The notes: generated from the sequence alone by a model not told the origin. DNA of 64,000 nt from Bacteroidales bacterium (GCA_016285145.1 JAEEQE010000009.1:13304-77303), one strand, 5' to 3'; numbered from the stretch's first letter, positions 1 through 9,678 are shown. Made by a program: numbers and translations.

Positions 1-1
1 G

Positions 2-1030
2 ATTACGGGTGCCGCAGGCTCCATAGGCAGCGAAATTGTACGCCAGTTGCTACAATTCCCCTACAAACGGCTCGTTCTCATTGATGAAGCGGAAACACCC
101 TGCTTCTTCCTGCAGGGGGAAATCACCCAGATTAACGGCATGAAGGATATAAACATGCACATCTTGGACATTTGCGACACCGAGCAGATGGAAAAACTGA
201 TGGAGCGTTACCGTCCCAATATCGTCTATCATGCTGCCGCCTACAAGCATGTGCCCATGATGGAGAAAAACGTGCGTTCGGCCATTAAGGTCAATGTGGA
301 GGGCACGAAGCGGCTGGCCGACATGGCTGTGAAGTACGGTGCGAAGAAGTTCGTGATGGTCTCCACCGACAAGGCCGTCAACCCGACGAACGTGATGGGG
401 GCGTCCAAGCGCATTGCGGAGATGTATGTGCAGGCGTTGAATTTCCACCAGCCGACCACGAAGTTCATTACTACGCGCTTTGGTAACGTGCTGGATTCCA
501 ATGGTTCGGTGATTCCGATTTTCCGCCAGCAGATAGAAAAGGGCGGCCCGATTACCGTGACCCACCCTGACATCACCCGTTATTTCATGACCATCTCCGA
601 GGCGTGCCAGTTGGTAATCACCGCCGGCGCGATGGGCAATGGCGGGGAGATTTTTATTTTCGATATGGGTAAATCAGTGCGTATCAGTGATTTGGCTAAA
701 AAGATGATCCAGCTCTCCGGACTTACCCTCGACAAGGATATTTCCATCCAATATACAGGCCTTCGGCCGGGTGAGAAACTGTACGAGGAGTTGCTGGCCA
801 CGGAGGAGAATACCATCAAGACGGAACACAAGAAAATCAAGATTGCCAAGGTGCGCACGTATGAGTACGAAACGCTGGCCCCTGCCATACAGAAACTCAT
901 TGACTTGCAAAACGAAGACGATTTCACGATTGTGGCCCAAATGAAGGAGGTGGTTCACGAATACAAGAGCCAGAATTCCGAATTTGAAGTTATTGACAAG
1001 CAGAACAGCTATTTAGAATCATCAAGATGA
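2..1030 (+). CDS. CapD/WbpM-like NDP-sugar 4,6-dehydratase/epimerase (polysaccharide biosynthesis), 5'-truncated by window edge
   Basis: The frame is open from base 2 (ITGAAGSIGSEIVRQ, a Rossmann GxxGxxG) and continues into listed ORF 47..1030. It has YHAAAYKHV (YxxxK) and VMVSTDKAVNPTNVMGASKR, typical of extended-SDR CapD proteins. Confidence 0.85.
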   Translation: MTGAAGSIGSEIVRQLLQFPYKRLVLIDEAETPCFFLQGEITQINGMKDINMHILDICDTEQMEKLMERYRPNIVYHAAAYKHVPMMEKNVRSAIKVNVEGTKRLADMAVKYGAKKFVMVSTDKAVNPTNVMGASKRIAEMYVQALNFHQPTTKFITTRFGNVLDSNGSVIPIFRQQIEKGGPITVTHPDITRYFMTISEACQLVITAGAMGNGGEIFIFDMGKSVRISDLAKKMIQLSGLTLDKDISIQYTGLRPGEKLYEELLATEENTIKTEHKKIKIAKVRTYEYETLAPAIQKLIDLQNEDDFTIVAQMKEVVHEYKSQNSEFEVIDKQNSYLESSR

Positions 1031-1992
1031 AAAATTTCGCCATAATAGGAGTGGGTGGCTATGTGGCCCCGCGTCATCTGAAGGCTATCGCCGAAACGGG
1101 TAACAGCTTAGTGGCCGCATACGACACATCGGACAGCGTCGGCATTATCGACAGCTATTTCCCGGATGCTTCCTTTTTCACGGAGTTGGAACTCTTCGAC
1201 CGCCATTGTACGAAGCTGAAGGGTACGCCCGGACAGGTGGACATGGTGTCGGTGTGCACGCCCAACTACCTGCACGATTCGCATACGCGCTACGCGTTAC
1301 GTCTCGGCGCGGATGTCATCTGCGAGAAGCCGTTGGTGCTGAATCCCTGGAATATCGACGGCATTCAGAAAGTGGAGGAGGAGACGGGCCGGAAGGTCAA
1401 CAATATTCTCCAGCTGCGGTTGCATCCCTCTATTGTGGCCTTGAAGAAGAAGGTGGAGGAAGGTCCTCGCGACGTGGTGTATGATGTTGATTTGACGTAT
1501 ATTACCGCCCGCGGGAAGTGGTACTATATCTCCTGGAAGGGCGACGCTCGCAAGAGTGGCGGCATAGCTACCAACATTGGGGTGCATTTCTACGATATGT
1601 TAGCGTATATTTTCGGCGATGTGGAGGAGAATATTGTGCACGTCTCCTCGTTTGATCGCGTGGCCGGCTTTTTGAGGTTGAAGAAGGCCCGCGTGCGTTA
1701 TTTCCTGAGTATCAATCCCAACACCTTGCCTGCCGAGGCTTTGAATAGTGGTCTGCGCACGTACCGGTCCATCCGCATTGGCGATGAGGAGTTCGAGTTC
1801 AGCGGCGGCTTCACCGATTTGCATACGGAGAGTTACCGGCAGATTTTAGCTGGTAATGGCTTCGGATTGGATGATGTAAGAAACTGCATCCAAATCGTTT
1901 ACGATATCCGCAATGCGGTGCCTGTGGGCTTGAAAGGTGATTATCACCCGCTGGCTGCGCTTCCCTTGGAGCCGCACCCGTTCGGGTGGTGA
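1027..1992 (+). CDS. Gfo/Idh/MocA family oxidoreductase (WbpB-like sugar-nucleotide dehydrogenase)
   Basis: N-terminal FAIIGVGGYVAPRHLKAI Rossmann motif and an EKP motif (ICEKPLVL). A 4-nt ATGA overlap with the upstream CapD-like gene suggests one operon. Confidence 0.8.
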   Translation: MKNFAIIGVGGYVAPRHLKAIAETGNSLVAAYDTSDSVGIIDSYFPDASFFTELELFDRHCTKLKGTPGQVDMVSVCTPNYLHDSHTRYALRLGADVICEKPLVLNPWNIDGIQKVEEETGRKVNNILQLRLHPSIVALKKKVEEGPRDVVYDVDLTYITARGKWYYISWKGDARKSGGIATNIGVHFYDMLAYIFGDVEENIVHVSSFDRVAGFLRLKKARVRYFLSINPNTLPAEALNSGLRTYRSIRIGDEEFEFSGGFTDLHTESYRQILAGNGFGLDDVRNCIQIVYDIRNAVPVGLKGDYHPLAALPLEPHPFGW

Positions 1993-2007
1993 TTTGAAAG
2001 GGATTAC

Positions 2008-2100
2008 CTACTGCCTCACCAACTTCAAATAATACACTTTCCTGTCGTTGGTCATCACGCGGACGATATAGCTCGCCTTGGCGAGGCGACTGAGAATATT
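2008..2100 (-). pseudogene. Remnant of a T9SS C-terminal sorting domain, in frame with but cut off from the PKD protein by TAG and TGA stops
   Basis: The minus-strand translation reads NILSRLAKASYIVRVMTNDRKVYYLKLVRQ*, which matches the last strands of T9SS CTDs (..GxYIVRV....G....KLV..). It is in the same frame as ORF 2119..3567. Only about 30 aa remain, against roughly 75 aa for a full CTD. Confidence 0.55.
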
Positions 2101-2118
2101 TCAGATGCTGTCAAGATT

Positions 2119-3567
2119 CTATTTTTGGCGCCCCTGCCTGCGAACAGCAAGCCGTGCTTCCTTTTCCGCCGCACACCCGTCAGGACTTATAACCATGAGG
2201 TGAACCCGATATATGCCCGTCTTGCGAGGCTTGAAGACGATATTTGGACTGGTAAAGGAAAACTTCTCAGGGCCCATGATACTCCAAAGGTATGTGTTGC
2301 GGGTTCCCGTGTTGCCAACAAGTCGCACTTTTCTCCCCATTTTGCATAACGTATCGCCCACGATTTCGGCTACTGGCACGTTTCGGAAGGCCACATTGAT
2401 AATCGAGTTTGTGCGGCAGTTGCCGTACCGTTCGCGGACATCCACAATGTAGTTTCCTGTTTGCCTGACCGTCAACATGTTGCCTACGGTCACCGTATCC
2501 AAGGGCTTCCAATAATAGTCATTTACAGTTAATGGGGGTGAGAATCCGAGAACCCGACCGCTCTCTGAACAAGAGGTTTCCGCATACATAGTGTGTAAAA
2601 AACCGTCATCCATCTTGTTTTCCCTTACTACCAGGTAAGTTTGTCCAGTGTCGGTTCGGCCGAAAGTGTCAGTCACCGTCAGCGTCACGGTAATATGCGT
2701 CATCGAACGTACGTTGTAAGAGTGATAGACGGGATTTCCATAATTGAATGTGCCATCCCCAAAATCCCAGCGATAGCGAAGATTCTCGCCCGATGCCACT
2801 GCCTGAAACATTGCCGGACGCTCTTCACACATGCGGGTGGGTGCGATGATGGTGTCTATGACGGGAGCAGGATGTGCATCCGAGGAGACTACCGATGGCA
2901 CTTCATGCGCAACCGCTGCTTTTTCGATGGAAAGAATCACACTATGTCTGTATTCCGCACCATTACTACATTTTCTCTTTAGCGTGACATACGTGCGATG
3001 CGGATAACGGGATTCACTTCCGTTATTCAGATAGTTTACCGACACCTCCACCGATGGAACGAAATTGTCGCCCACGATGGAGGCGGCTCTGTCGCTGGTA
3101 ATCCACTCATAAACCACATGTTTGGACTGGTCCGGCAATTCCAGACGGAAGCGGTCGCCCTCGTAAACGGTCATCATGCAGGGGATGTCGCCATTGGAGA
3201 GAGAAAAAGTATCCACCGGATGGATATAGGCCTCGGAGCGGCAGCCTGTCACCTTGTCAATCTGCCGCACGGCAATTCCGTTTATAGCCTTGTAATCGTA
3301 GCTGAACGTCACCCTGTTGCCTTCGGCAAATGCAGGGAAGGTACTGTTTGTGTCAAGCGGTTCCCAACTCAGATAGTAGCGTTCGTTGGTTGGAGTGGCT
3401 TCGAGCAGAATACTGTTGCCGAAGCATACCTCCGTAGAACCCCTGACAAACGTCGGAGGAGGTACTGTTTTGCATTGCCTGGAAACACGATCGGTTGGCT
3501 GGGCGCATAATGTTGTCACCAGCAATACCCATAACACAAGAAAAAACAAAATTTCACGTGTCTTCAT
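2119..3567 (-). CDS. Secreted PKD/Ig-like repeat protein
   Basis: Signal peptide MKTREILFFLVLWVLLVTTLCAQ. PKD signature RYRWDFGDGTFNYGNPVYHSYN...VTLTVTDTFG. Ig-like ending GIYRVHLMVISPDGC. Confidence 0.75.
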   Translation of the reverse strand: MKTREILFFLVLWVLLVTTLCAQPTDRVSRQCKTVPPPTFVRGSTEVCFGNSILLEATPTNERYYLSWEPLDTNSTFPAFAEGNRVTFSYDYKAINGIAVRQIDKVTGCRSEAYIHPVDTFSLSNGDIPCMMTVYEGDRFRLELPDQSKHVVYEWITSDRAASIVGDNFVPSVEVSVNYLNNGSESRYPHRTYVTLKRKCSNGAEYRHSVILSIEKAAVAHEVPSVVSSDAHPAPVIDTIIAPTRMCEERPAMFQAVASGENLRYRWDFGDGTFNYGNPVYHSYNVRSMTHITVTLTVTDTFGRTDTGQTYLVVRENKMDDGFLHTMYAETSCSESGRVLGFSPPLTVNDYYWKPLDTVTVGNMLTVRQTGNYIVDVRERYGNCRTNSIINVAFRNVPVAEIVGDTLCKMGRKVRLVGNTGTRNTYLWSIMGPEKFSFTSPNIVFKPRKTGIYRVHLMVISPDGCAAEKEARLAVRRQGRQK

Positions 3568-3572
3568 GGAAA

Positions 3573-5600
3573 TTAATCGTTTGCTTTGACAAACTTCTCA
3601 ACCGACACCTCCCCATTGCTGACCGCCTCCAGAATATAGGTTCCCGCCGGCAGCCGCGAAACGTCTATCGTAGCAGAACCGTCCCGGATCACCTCCCGCA
3701 TAAGCGTACGTCCGTTCAGGTCCATAATAGTGACGTAATCCATGGGCGACCGGCCGCCCTCCACATGGATGATGCCGCCAGCGGGGTTCGGCCACAGTTT
3801 CAGATCCGATGCTCTTTCCCCATAACCGGCAATCCCCACGTAAGGTTCCGCATATTCCGGATTCCTGTACAACGCGAACACCGCATTGTCAGACCCCGGA
3901 TTGCTGTTGGCCACAACATTGTCGCTAAACGTCACCGGTGAAAACGATGTCAGCGACAACAGCAGGGACCCATCCGAATTTGCGGTCACCCCATACGATC
4001 TGTCTATTCTTGAATTCATACTATATATGGTGTCTTTTCCTATCAAAATTCCGTTATCATTCCATTCTGTTAATAGACAGTTAAATGTGTTATCATAAGA
4101 ATAAGCAGCAAACACTCTGTTGTTCTTACACGAAGGCATGTTGCTCTCGGCAACCTCTAAAGCGGGAACTATGCCTTGGGAAACATAATGCCCTGTGTTT
4201 TTATTGTATTTGACAAAAAAACCTATGGCGGAACTATATGGGACATAACGTTGCAAGCTGTTTTCTTCCGAGTCAAAATATATATTCGCCGAGCTTTCAG
4301 GTGTATAGGCCCCACTGCCACACAAATACACATGTTCACCTTCCAAACAGTTTCCGTGCCAAATAACTCTGGCAAATGGCGAACCTATGGAATTCCCCTT
4401 TGTATATATCTGGTTGCACCACTGCACACGGCCGTATGTGTCATATTTTATAATGAAGTTCGTACGGTATGCCCCACTCATATCCTGTATGGTGGCGCAG
4501 TGGGTGCTGTCCCACCAGATGTGGATGGGGTACTGGTGCAGATGCCCGCCTGTCTCATAGTCGAACATATAAATTAATATATAGCCTGACAGATACATAT
4601 TGCCATCCTCATCGTAAGATATACCCTCCGGCCTGATATCATAATGAGGGTTCACACTATCCGCTAAAAATTCCCACGATGCGGCAATCCCGTCCGTCTG
4701 CTGCACAACCAGTTTGGCAAACTCCAATTCCCAATCCGGCGTGAATTTGTAAAACATGGCATTACAAAACACCCTGTTTGGATTGGAGATGTTGCCCGGC
4801 AGATACAGGTCGTATGTCTTGTTAGAGTCCCCGTCCACCACTATTGTAAACGGGTCCTCCTCATTTCCCGCATAATAAAAACGCGCAAACAGGTAAACAT
4901 TGCCTCCATCATCCACGTGCATAGGCATTGTTCCTTCCTGACCAACAGGTCGCACAGGTCGGATATATGTTGTGCCGTTCAAGATTTTATCTCTCGTGTA
5001 CGATTCCACAAAATGGTCCTCCAACAGATTCCCGTCCAGGTCAAATTGCGCGAAAAAGGTCCACCTGCTACGTTTGAAGGGCGGCCTCCGTTCGCTTTCA
5101 GGCATGCTGTCAACCTGCCCTTTCCGTATCAGGGTGTCCATGTAATACAGCCATGTGCCGGTCGGAAAATCACCCCACAAACCAGTTATCCCCGATATGT
5201 AAACCCTCCGGTTCCGCACTTCCATCCATTGGGGGGAGGATATGTGCCCTCCGTCATTGCTGCATTTCACAATCTTGTACCAGAGCATGTTGCCCAACGT
5301 GTCAAATTTGGCCAGCAAGATGGTAGGGATAGCCCCGTTCGAAACCTCCGAAGGGACATCAGTGAGAAAGTCTTGCCCGTCCATCTCGGGATTGCCGCCC
5401 ATGGAGCCATACACGTATATGTTGCCATCCTCGTCAAACGCCGTGTTGGTTATCTGGTTGAAAATCTGAGTGTATGAGCCGCCGCTGCCGGTCCAGCTGT
5501 GCGCCCACTTCCACTCGCCCTGCGGGTACGCAGTCAGGAATGAGAAATTGACAATGAGGAATGCAAGAAGCCATTGGTAAAGGAAAAGATTGTGTTTCAT
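3573..5600 (-). CDS. T9SS-secreted repeat (beta-propeller-like) protein with C-terminal sorting domain
   Basis: The last ~75 aa (LKLWPNPAGGIIHVEG...LPAGTYILEAVSNGEVSVEKFVK) form a type-A T9SS CTD. I moved the start to MKHNLFLYQWLLAFLIVNFSFLTAYPQ (ATG at 5600), which gives a signal peptide. The ORF-track extension to 5711 has none. Confidence 0.8.
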   Translation of the reverse strand: MKHNLFLYQWLLAFLIVNFSFLTAYPQGEWKWAHSWTGSGGSYTQIFNQITNTAFDEDGNIYVYGSMGGNPEMDGQDFLTDVPSEVSNGAIPTILLAKFDTLGNMLWYKIVKCSNDGGHISSPQWMEVRNRRVYISGITGLWGDFPTGTWLYYMDTLIRKGQVDSMPESERRPPFKRSRWTFFAQFDLDGNLLEDHFVESYTRDKILNGTTYIRPVRPVGQEGTMPMHVDDGGNVYLFARFYYAGNEEDPFTIVVDGDSNKTYDLYLPGNISNPNRVFCNAMFYKFTPDWELEFAKLVVQQTDGIAASWEFLADSVNPHYDIRPEGISYDEDGNMYLSGYILIYMFDYETGGHLHQYPIHIWWDSTHCATIQDMSGAYRTNFIIKYDTYGRVQWCNQIYTKGNSIGSPFARVIWHGNCLEGEHVYLCGSGAYTPESSANIYFDSEENSLQRYVPYSSAIGFFVKYNKNTGHYVSQGIVPALEVAESNMPSCKNNRVFAAYSYDNTFNCLLTEWNDNGILIGKDTIYSMNSRIDRSYGVTANSDGSLLLSLTSFSPVTFSDNVVANSNPGSDNAVFALYRNPEYAEPYVGIAGYGERASDLKLWPNPAGGIIHVEGGRSPMDYVTIMDLNGRTLMREVIRDGSATIDVSRLPAGTYILEAVSNGEVSVEKFVKAND

Positions 5601-5791
5601 AATTGGGAGTGTGTTTGGGGGTTGGAATTTTTTTTTCGGGCGGTAAAGATAGGAAAAAGGACAATACGAAAGCATCCTCAAAACAAAACCATAAAATTTT
5701 TCTTTTGTCAAAACAAATAAGAACTAACGAATATTTCTTAAATTTTCCTAAAAATATTCTTCTGGTCTTGACAAGCCCCAGGACTTTGCTG

Positions 5792-5799
5792 TATCTTTG
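5792..5799 (+). promoter_or_regulatory. Bacteroides-type -7 promoter box (TATCTTTG)
   Basis: Exact TAnnTTTG, 22 nt upstream of ATG 5821. Confidence 0.55.
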
Positions 5800-5820
5800 T
5801 CCCCTGAAAAAAGGAATGTG

Positions 5821-6855
5821 ATGAAGAAGTGGTTTATGTTGGGTTTGTGTTTGGGGATGTGGGGGATGTTCCTGATGGGGCAGACGGATTCCCTTTACAG
5901 GGTGGCATTCTACAATGTGGAGAATCTGTTCCACCCATCCGATGATTCCCTGACGGCGGACGAGGCTTTCACGCCAACAGGCTCGTATCATTGGAGCTAT
6001 GCAAAATATTATCGTAAAATAAGCAATGTGGCGAAAGTCCTGATCGCCATGGGACGGGGGCATCCTCCGGCTGTGGTGGGGCTGGCCGAAATCGAATGTG
6101 AGCAGGTACTCAAGGATTTGTGCTACCGTTCGCCGTTGCGGAAGTTCGGCTACCGTTATGTGCATCACGACTCGCCCGACCGCCGGGGCGTGGATGTGGC
6201 GCTGCTCTACCACGACAGCCTTGTGAGCGTGCTGCGGGAGCAAAAACTGCCGGTACGCTTCCCTTTTGACACGCTGGCACGTACCCGCGACCTGTTGTAT
6301 GTTTGCCTTCGTTTCCAGGGCGGCGATTCGTTGCACGTGTTGGTCAACCATTGGACATCGCGCTATGGAGGCTATGCCGCCACCGTGCCCAAGCGGAACG
6401 TCTGTGCGGATGTGGCACGCGCCTGCGTGGATTCTATCTTGGCAGGCGACTCATTAGCCAATATCCTGTTGATAGGCGACTTCAATGACTATCCCACAGA
6501 CGAGAGCATGGAACGGCATCTGCGCGCCCGCAGATGTTCGCCCGACAACAGACGAGATACGCTCTTTAATTTGATGTATGCCTTTGAAAAAGAACCGAAT
6601 ATGGGTTCTCATAAGCATGAGGACTTTTGGGGCTGTTTGGACCAAATGGTGGTGTCGCGGGCCTTGATGTTCGGGACGGGTGGAATGTGCATCGTGGGAC
6701 AAAAGGCCCATATCTTCCGGGACGATTTCCTGTTAGTGCCAGATGAAAAATATGGCGGGGTGAAGAACTATCGCACTTTCCTTGGTCCGCGCTATGTGGG
6801 CGGCTTCTCCGACCACCTGCCGGTGTTTATGACAGTTTCGTTACAAAGAAGGTGA
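5821..6855 (+). CDS. Endonuclease/exonuclease/phosphatase (EEP) family protein, secreted
   Basis: Motifs FYNVENLF, GDFNDYPTDES and GFSDHLPV are EEP-fold signatures. The start was taken at MKKWFMLGLCLGMWGMFLMGQ (signal peptide) downstream of the -7 box. Confidence 0.8.
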   Translation: MKKWFMLGLCLGMWGMFLMGQTDSLYRVAFYNVENLFHPSDDSLTADEAFTPTGSYHWSYAKYYRKISNVAKVLIAMGRGHPPAVVGLAEIECEQVLKDLCYRSPLRKFGYRYVHHDSPDRRGVDVALLYHDSLVSVLREQKLPVRFPFDTLARTRDLLYVCLRFQGGDSLHVLVNHWTSRYGGYAATVPKRNVCADVARACVDSILAGDSLANILLIGDFNDYPTDESMERHLRARRCSPDNRRDTLFNLMYAFEKEPNMGSHKHEDFWGCLDQMVVSRALMFGTGGMCIVGQKAHIFRDDFLLVPDEKYGGVKNYRTFLGPRYVGGFSDHLPVFMTVSLQRR

Positions 6856-7252
6856 ACTGCTTGTCGATTTTGTGCCGGAAATGCTTTAACAGGAAATAGT
6901 ATGCCACCAGGAAGAGAAGACTGGCTATGACGCTTGCCAGCTCGTTGTGGAAGATGGCGTAGGAACCGAACAGGGCCGCTATCAGGACGAGGAACGGAAT
7001 GAGGTAGGCGATCAGGATGGCTTTCCAGCCCGTCTTCTGTTTCAGCACGAGGTGTACGCGCTCGCCAAGCTCGAAGGCTTCTCCGTATAGTGCTTGGGCG
7101 GTGACGAACTCCTGCCGCTGGTCGGAGGGCATGCAGATGCTTTTGGCGTGGCACTCGCTGCATGCCGAGCTGACGGTGATTTCCACATCGATATCCTTGC
7201 CGCGTATGGCTCGCACGATACCTTCCTTGCAAATGGTGTTTTCTTCTGTCAT
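6827..7252 (-). CDS. RseC/MucC (SoxR-reducing system) family protein
   Basis: N-terminal CKEGIV...ITVSSACSECHAKSIC cysteine motif followed by two TM helices, which is the classic RseC architecture. Confidence 0.7.
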   Translation of the reverse strand: MTEENTICKEGIVRAIRGKDIDVEITVSSACSECHAKSICMPSDQRQEFVTAQALYGEAFELGERVHLVLKQKTGWKAILIAYLIPFLVLIAALFGSYAIFHNELASVIASLLFLVAYYFLLKHFRHKIDKQFTFFVTKLS

Positions 7253-7268
7253 GGGATTCGGATTTGAA

Positions 7269-8642
7269 TTAGGCTTCGAACAGCAAACGGAACATCTCTT
7301 CCACCTTGACGATGGGGATGATGGTCAGCTGGAAGTCTTTGGGATTGAGGCCTTTCATGTTGTATTTGGAGATGAACATCCGTCGGAAGCCGAGTTTGTC
7401 GGCCTCGGCAATGCGCTGGACGATACGGGGCACGGGGCGCACCTCGCCGCTGAGGCCCATCTCGCCGGCGAAGCAGGTCTTGGCGTCGATGGCGATGTCG
7501 GTGGCTGAAGAGAGGATGGCCGCCACGATGGCCAGGTTGATGGCGGGGTCATCCACACGCACGCCGCCCGCGATGTTGAGGAACACGTCCTTGGCACCCA
7601 GTTTGAAGCGGCATCGTTTCTCCAACACCGCCAGCAGCATGTTCATGCGGCGGATGTCGTAGCCGGTGGCGGAACGCTGTGGCATACCATAGACCGCAGA
7701 GCTTACAAGTGCTTGTGTCTCAATCATCATGGGGCGGTTGCCCTCCATGATCGAGGCCACTGCATGTCCACTGTAGTCCTCCTCATGCTGCGAGAGCAGG
7801 ATCTCCGACGGGTTGTGGATTTCGTTGAGACCGGTCTGTGTCATCTCGAAGATGCCCATCTCGGAGGTGGATCCGAAGCGGTTCTTGATGCAACGCACAA
7901 TACGGTAACCATAATGCTGGTCGCCCTCGAACTGCAGCACCGTGTCCACGATGTGTTCCAGGATCTTGGGACCAGCCAGCGTGCCGTCCTTGGTGATATG
8001 CCCGATCAGGAAGACAGGGATGCCGCTGGTCTTGGCCAGATGCTGGAATTCGGCGGCGCACTCCTTGAGCTGGGAGATGGAACCGGCGGCGGAGTCCAGC
8101 AGGTTGCTCTGCATGGTCTGGATAGAGTCGGCAATGACCATGTCAGGTTTTAGCTCTTCGATGTGTTTGAATATCTGCGATGTGTCGGTTTCGGTGAGCA
8201 CGTAGCAGTGGGGTGCCGGCTGGTTTGAAAGGCGGGCGGCTCGCATTTTGAGCTGCGCTTCGCTCTCCTCTCCGGAGACGTACAGGATTTTGCAGTTCCG
8301 GATGTGCAGTGCCATCTGCAGCAGCAGGGTGGACTTGCCGATGCCGGGCTCGCCGCCCAGCAGGATGATGGAGCCGGCCACGATGCCGCCGCCTAACACG
8401 CGGTCGAACTCGGTGAATCCGGTGGACACGCGGGGCAGTTGCAGCAGCGACACCTCGTCAATGGGTTTGGGCGCGCTTTTGGCAACCACGGTGGTGGAAC
8501 GGCCTTTGGCAGGTGTCTCCTCCCGCTGCACGACCTCCTCCACGAATGTGTTCCACTCGCCGCACGACGGGCAGCGGCCGATCCATTGCGCCGACTGCGC
8601 CCCGCAGTTCTTGCAGAAATATTGGGTTTTGCTCTTTGCCAT
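7269..8642 (-). CDS. radA: DNA repair protein RadA
   Basis: N-terminal zinc finger CKNCGAQSAQWIGRCPSCGEWNTF, Walker A GGEPGIGKST, KNRFG motif and a Lon-like C-terminal domain. Confidence 0.95.
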   Translation of the reverse strand: MAKSKTQYFCKNCGAQSAQWIGRCPSCGEWNTFVEEVVQREETPAKGRSTTVVAKSAPKPIDEVSLLQLPRVSTGFTEFDRVLGGGIVAGSIILLGGEPGIGKSTLLLQMALHIRNCKILYVSGEESEAQLKMRAARLSNQPAPHCYVLTETDTSQIFKHIEELKPDMVIADSIQTMQSNLLDSAAGSISQLKECAAEFQHLAKTSGIPVFLIGHITKDGTLAGPKILEHIVDTVLQFEGDQHYGYRIVRCIKNRFGSTSEMGIFEMTQTGLNEIHNPSEILLSQHEEDYSGHAVASIMEGNRPMMIETQALVSSAVYGMPQRSATGYDIRRMNMLLAVLEKRCRFKLGAKDVFLNIAGGVRVDDPAINLAIVAAILSSATDIAIDAKTCFAGEMGLSGEVRPVPRIVQRIAEADKLGFRRMFISKYNMKGLNPKDFQLTIIPIVKVEEMFRLLFEA

Positions 8643-8678
8643 GCGTTACGTTTTTAACCCGCAAAGGTGAATATTACC

Positions 8679-9086
8679 TTATTGGATTTTTTGTTGAACA
8701 AGAGAAATGACTTTGGTTATAAGTTGCGACGCAGGTTCCACAAGAGGTTTGACATCCGTTTCCTGCAAATCAAAGCAATCGCCATAATCTCCAGTTATAC
8801 GCATAGTGAAAAGCCGATTGTACTGTCTTCCAAGTTCCATTTCAATCTTCCCTGTATTGATAAAATGCATGTTAAACATCCTAATAATACCCTCATGTGT
8901 TTTGGCATTCAAGCCGTTGGCAATTAATAGCGATGACACAGCGTAATACGCCGCATAGTACAACCTGTTGGCTGCTGTTGCCCAAAGACCTAATTCTATA
9001 ACCTTTTGGGCTTCATTTAAGGTTTTGCTCGCCTTATCTAATCTATAGGCGATAACCATTTGTTTTTCCTCGTCGTTCAAACTCAT
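8679..9086 (-). CDS. HEPN domain protein (toxin-like partner of a HEPN/MNT pair)
   Basis: NRLYYAAYYAVSSLLIANGLNAKTHEGIIRMF matches the HEPN core. It overlaps the upstream nucleotidyltransferase gene by 4 nt. Confidence 0.8.
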   Translation of the reverse strand: MSLNDEEKQMVIAYRLDKASKTLNEAQKVIELGLWATAANRLYYAAYYAVSSLLIANGLNAKTHEGIIRMFNMHFINTGKIEMELGRQYNRLFTMRITGDYGDCFDLQETDVKPLVEPASQLITKVISLVQQKIQ

Positions 9087-9433
9087 ATTAAAACTATTGC
9101 GTCTTCCATTACGTTTTTATAGAAGGGGGTGAAATACTTTTGGTTCCATTCTTCTCTTGTCTGGATAATAGTATTCACATCCTGATTATGTTTCCAAAAG
9201 ATCATATTCAAAGGATATCCAATAGTATCATAATCTTGCCAATTGGAACGTCCATTGCGATTCAGGAGAACTAACACATCCCAGTCGGAGTCAAGCCGAT
9301 GGCTTCCACGAGCTCTGGAGCCGAATAGCAGTACACTCGTCCCCGCTGGCAGCAAGGCATGGATATCACGTTTTAGGATGTTCAGCATTGTGTCTTGAGT
9401 AGCAGTGGAATCATTAATTATAGGATTCTTCAT
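9083..9433 (-). CDS. Minimal nucleotidyltransferase (MNT) domain protein
   Basis: LLFGSRARGSHRLDSDWDVLVLL is the GS...DxD pol-beta NTase motif. ATG 9433 (MKNPII) is preferred over the TTG at 9448. Confidence 0.8.
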   Translation of the reverse strand: MKNPIINDSTATQDTMLNILKRDIHALLPAGTSVLLFGSRARGSHRLDSDWDVLVLLNRNGRSNWQDYDTIGYPLNMIFWKHNQDVNTIIQTREEWNQKYFTPFYKNVMEDAIVLI

Positions 9434-9478
9434 TTTGCCTCCTTTCAAATATTACAGCAAGAAATAAACTTGCAGCTG

Positions 9479-9486
9479 CAAAAATA
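9479..9486 (-). promoter_or_regulatory. -7 promoter box (TATTTTTG on minus strand) for the MNT/HEPN operon
   Basis: Exact TAnnTTTG, 46 nt upstream of ATG 9433. Confidence 0.5.
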
Positions 9487-9678
9487 CATAATTCTTTTAA
9501 TCGTTCAAGAGAAGAGTTGTAAATCTGATTTTTTCCTATCTTTGCCTCGCCAATCCGAAGGCACAATTTTGCTGGAGATTTGGTGAATATTTTAATAGAA
9601 ATCCTATAGCGTAATCACGAAGTTCACTCAAATCATGTAATACCTGCACCTTTCTCCTCCACAAATCCCCGCAAGCCA

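Noticed and set aside
9537-9544. Perfect + strand TATCTTTG box with no downstream + strand ORF.
   Set aside because: It would only drive transcription antisense to the LMW phosphatase gene. One octamer match without a target is within chance expectation. It could mark an antisense sRNA, but I cannot support that from sequence alone.
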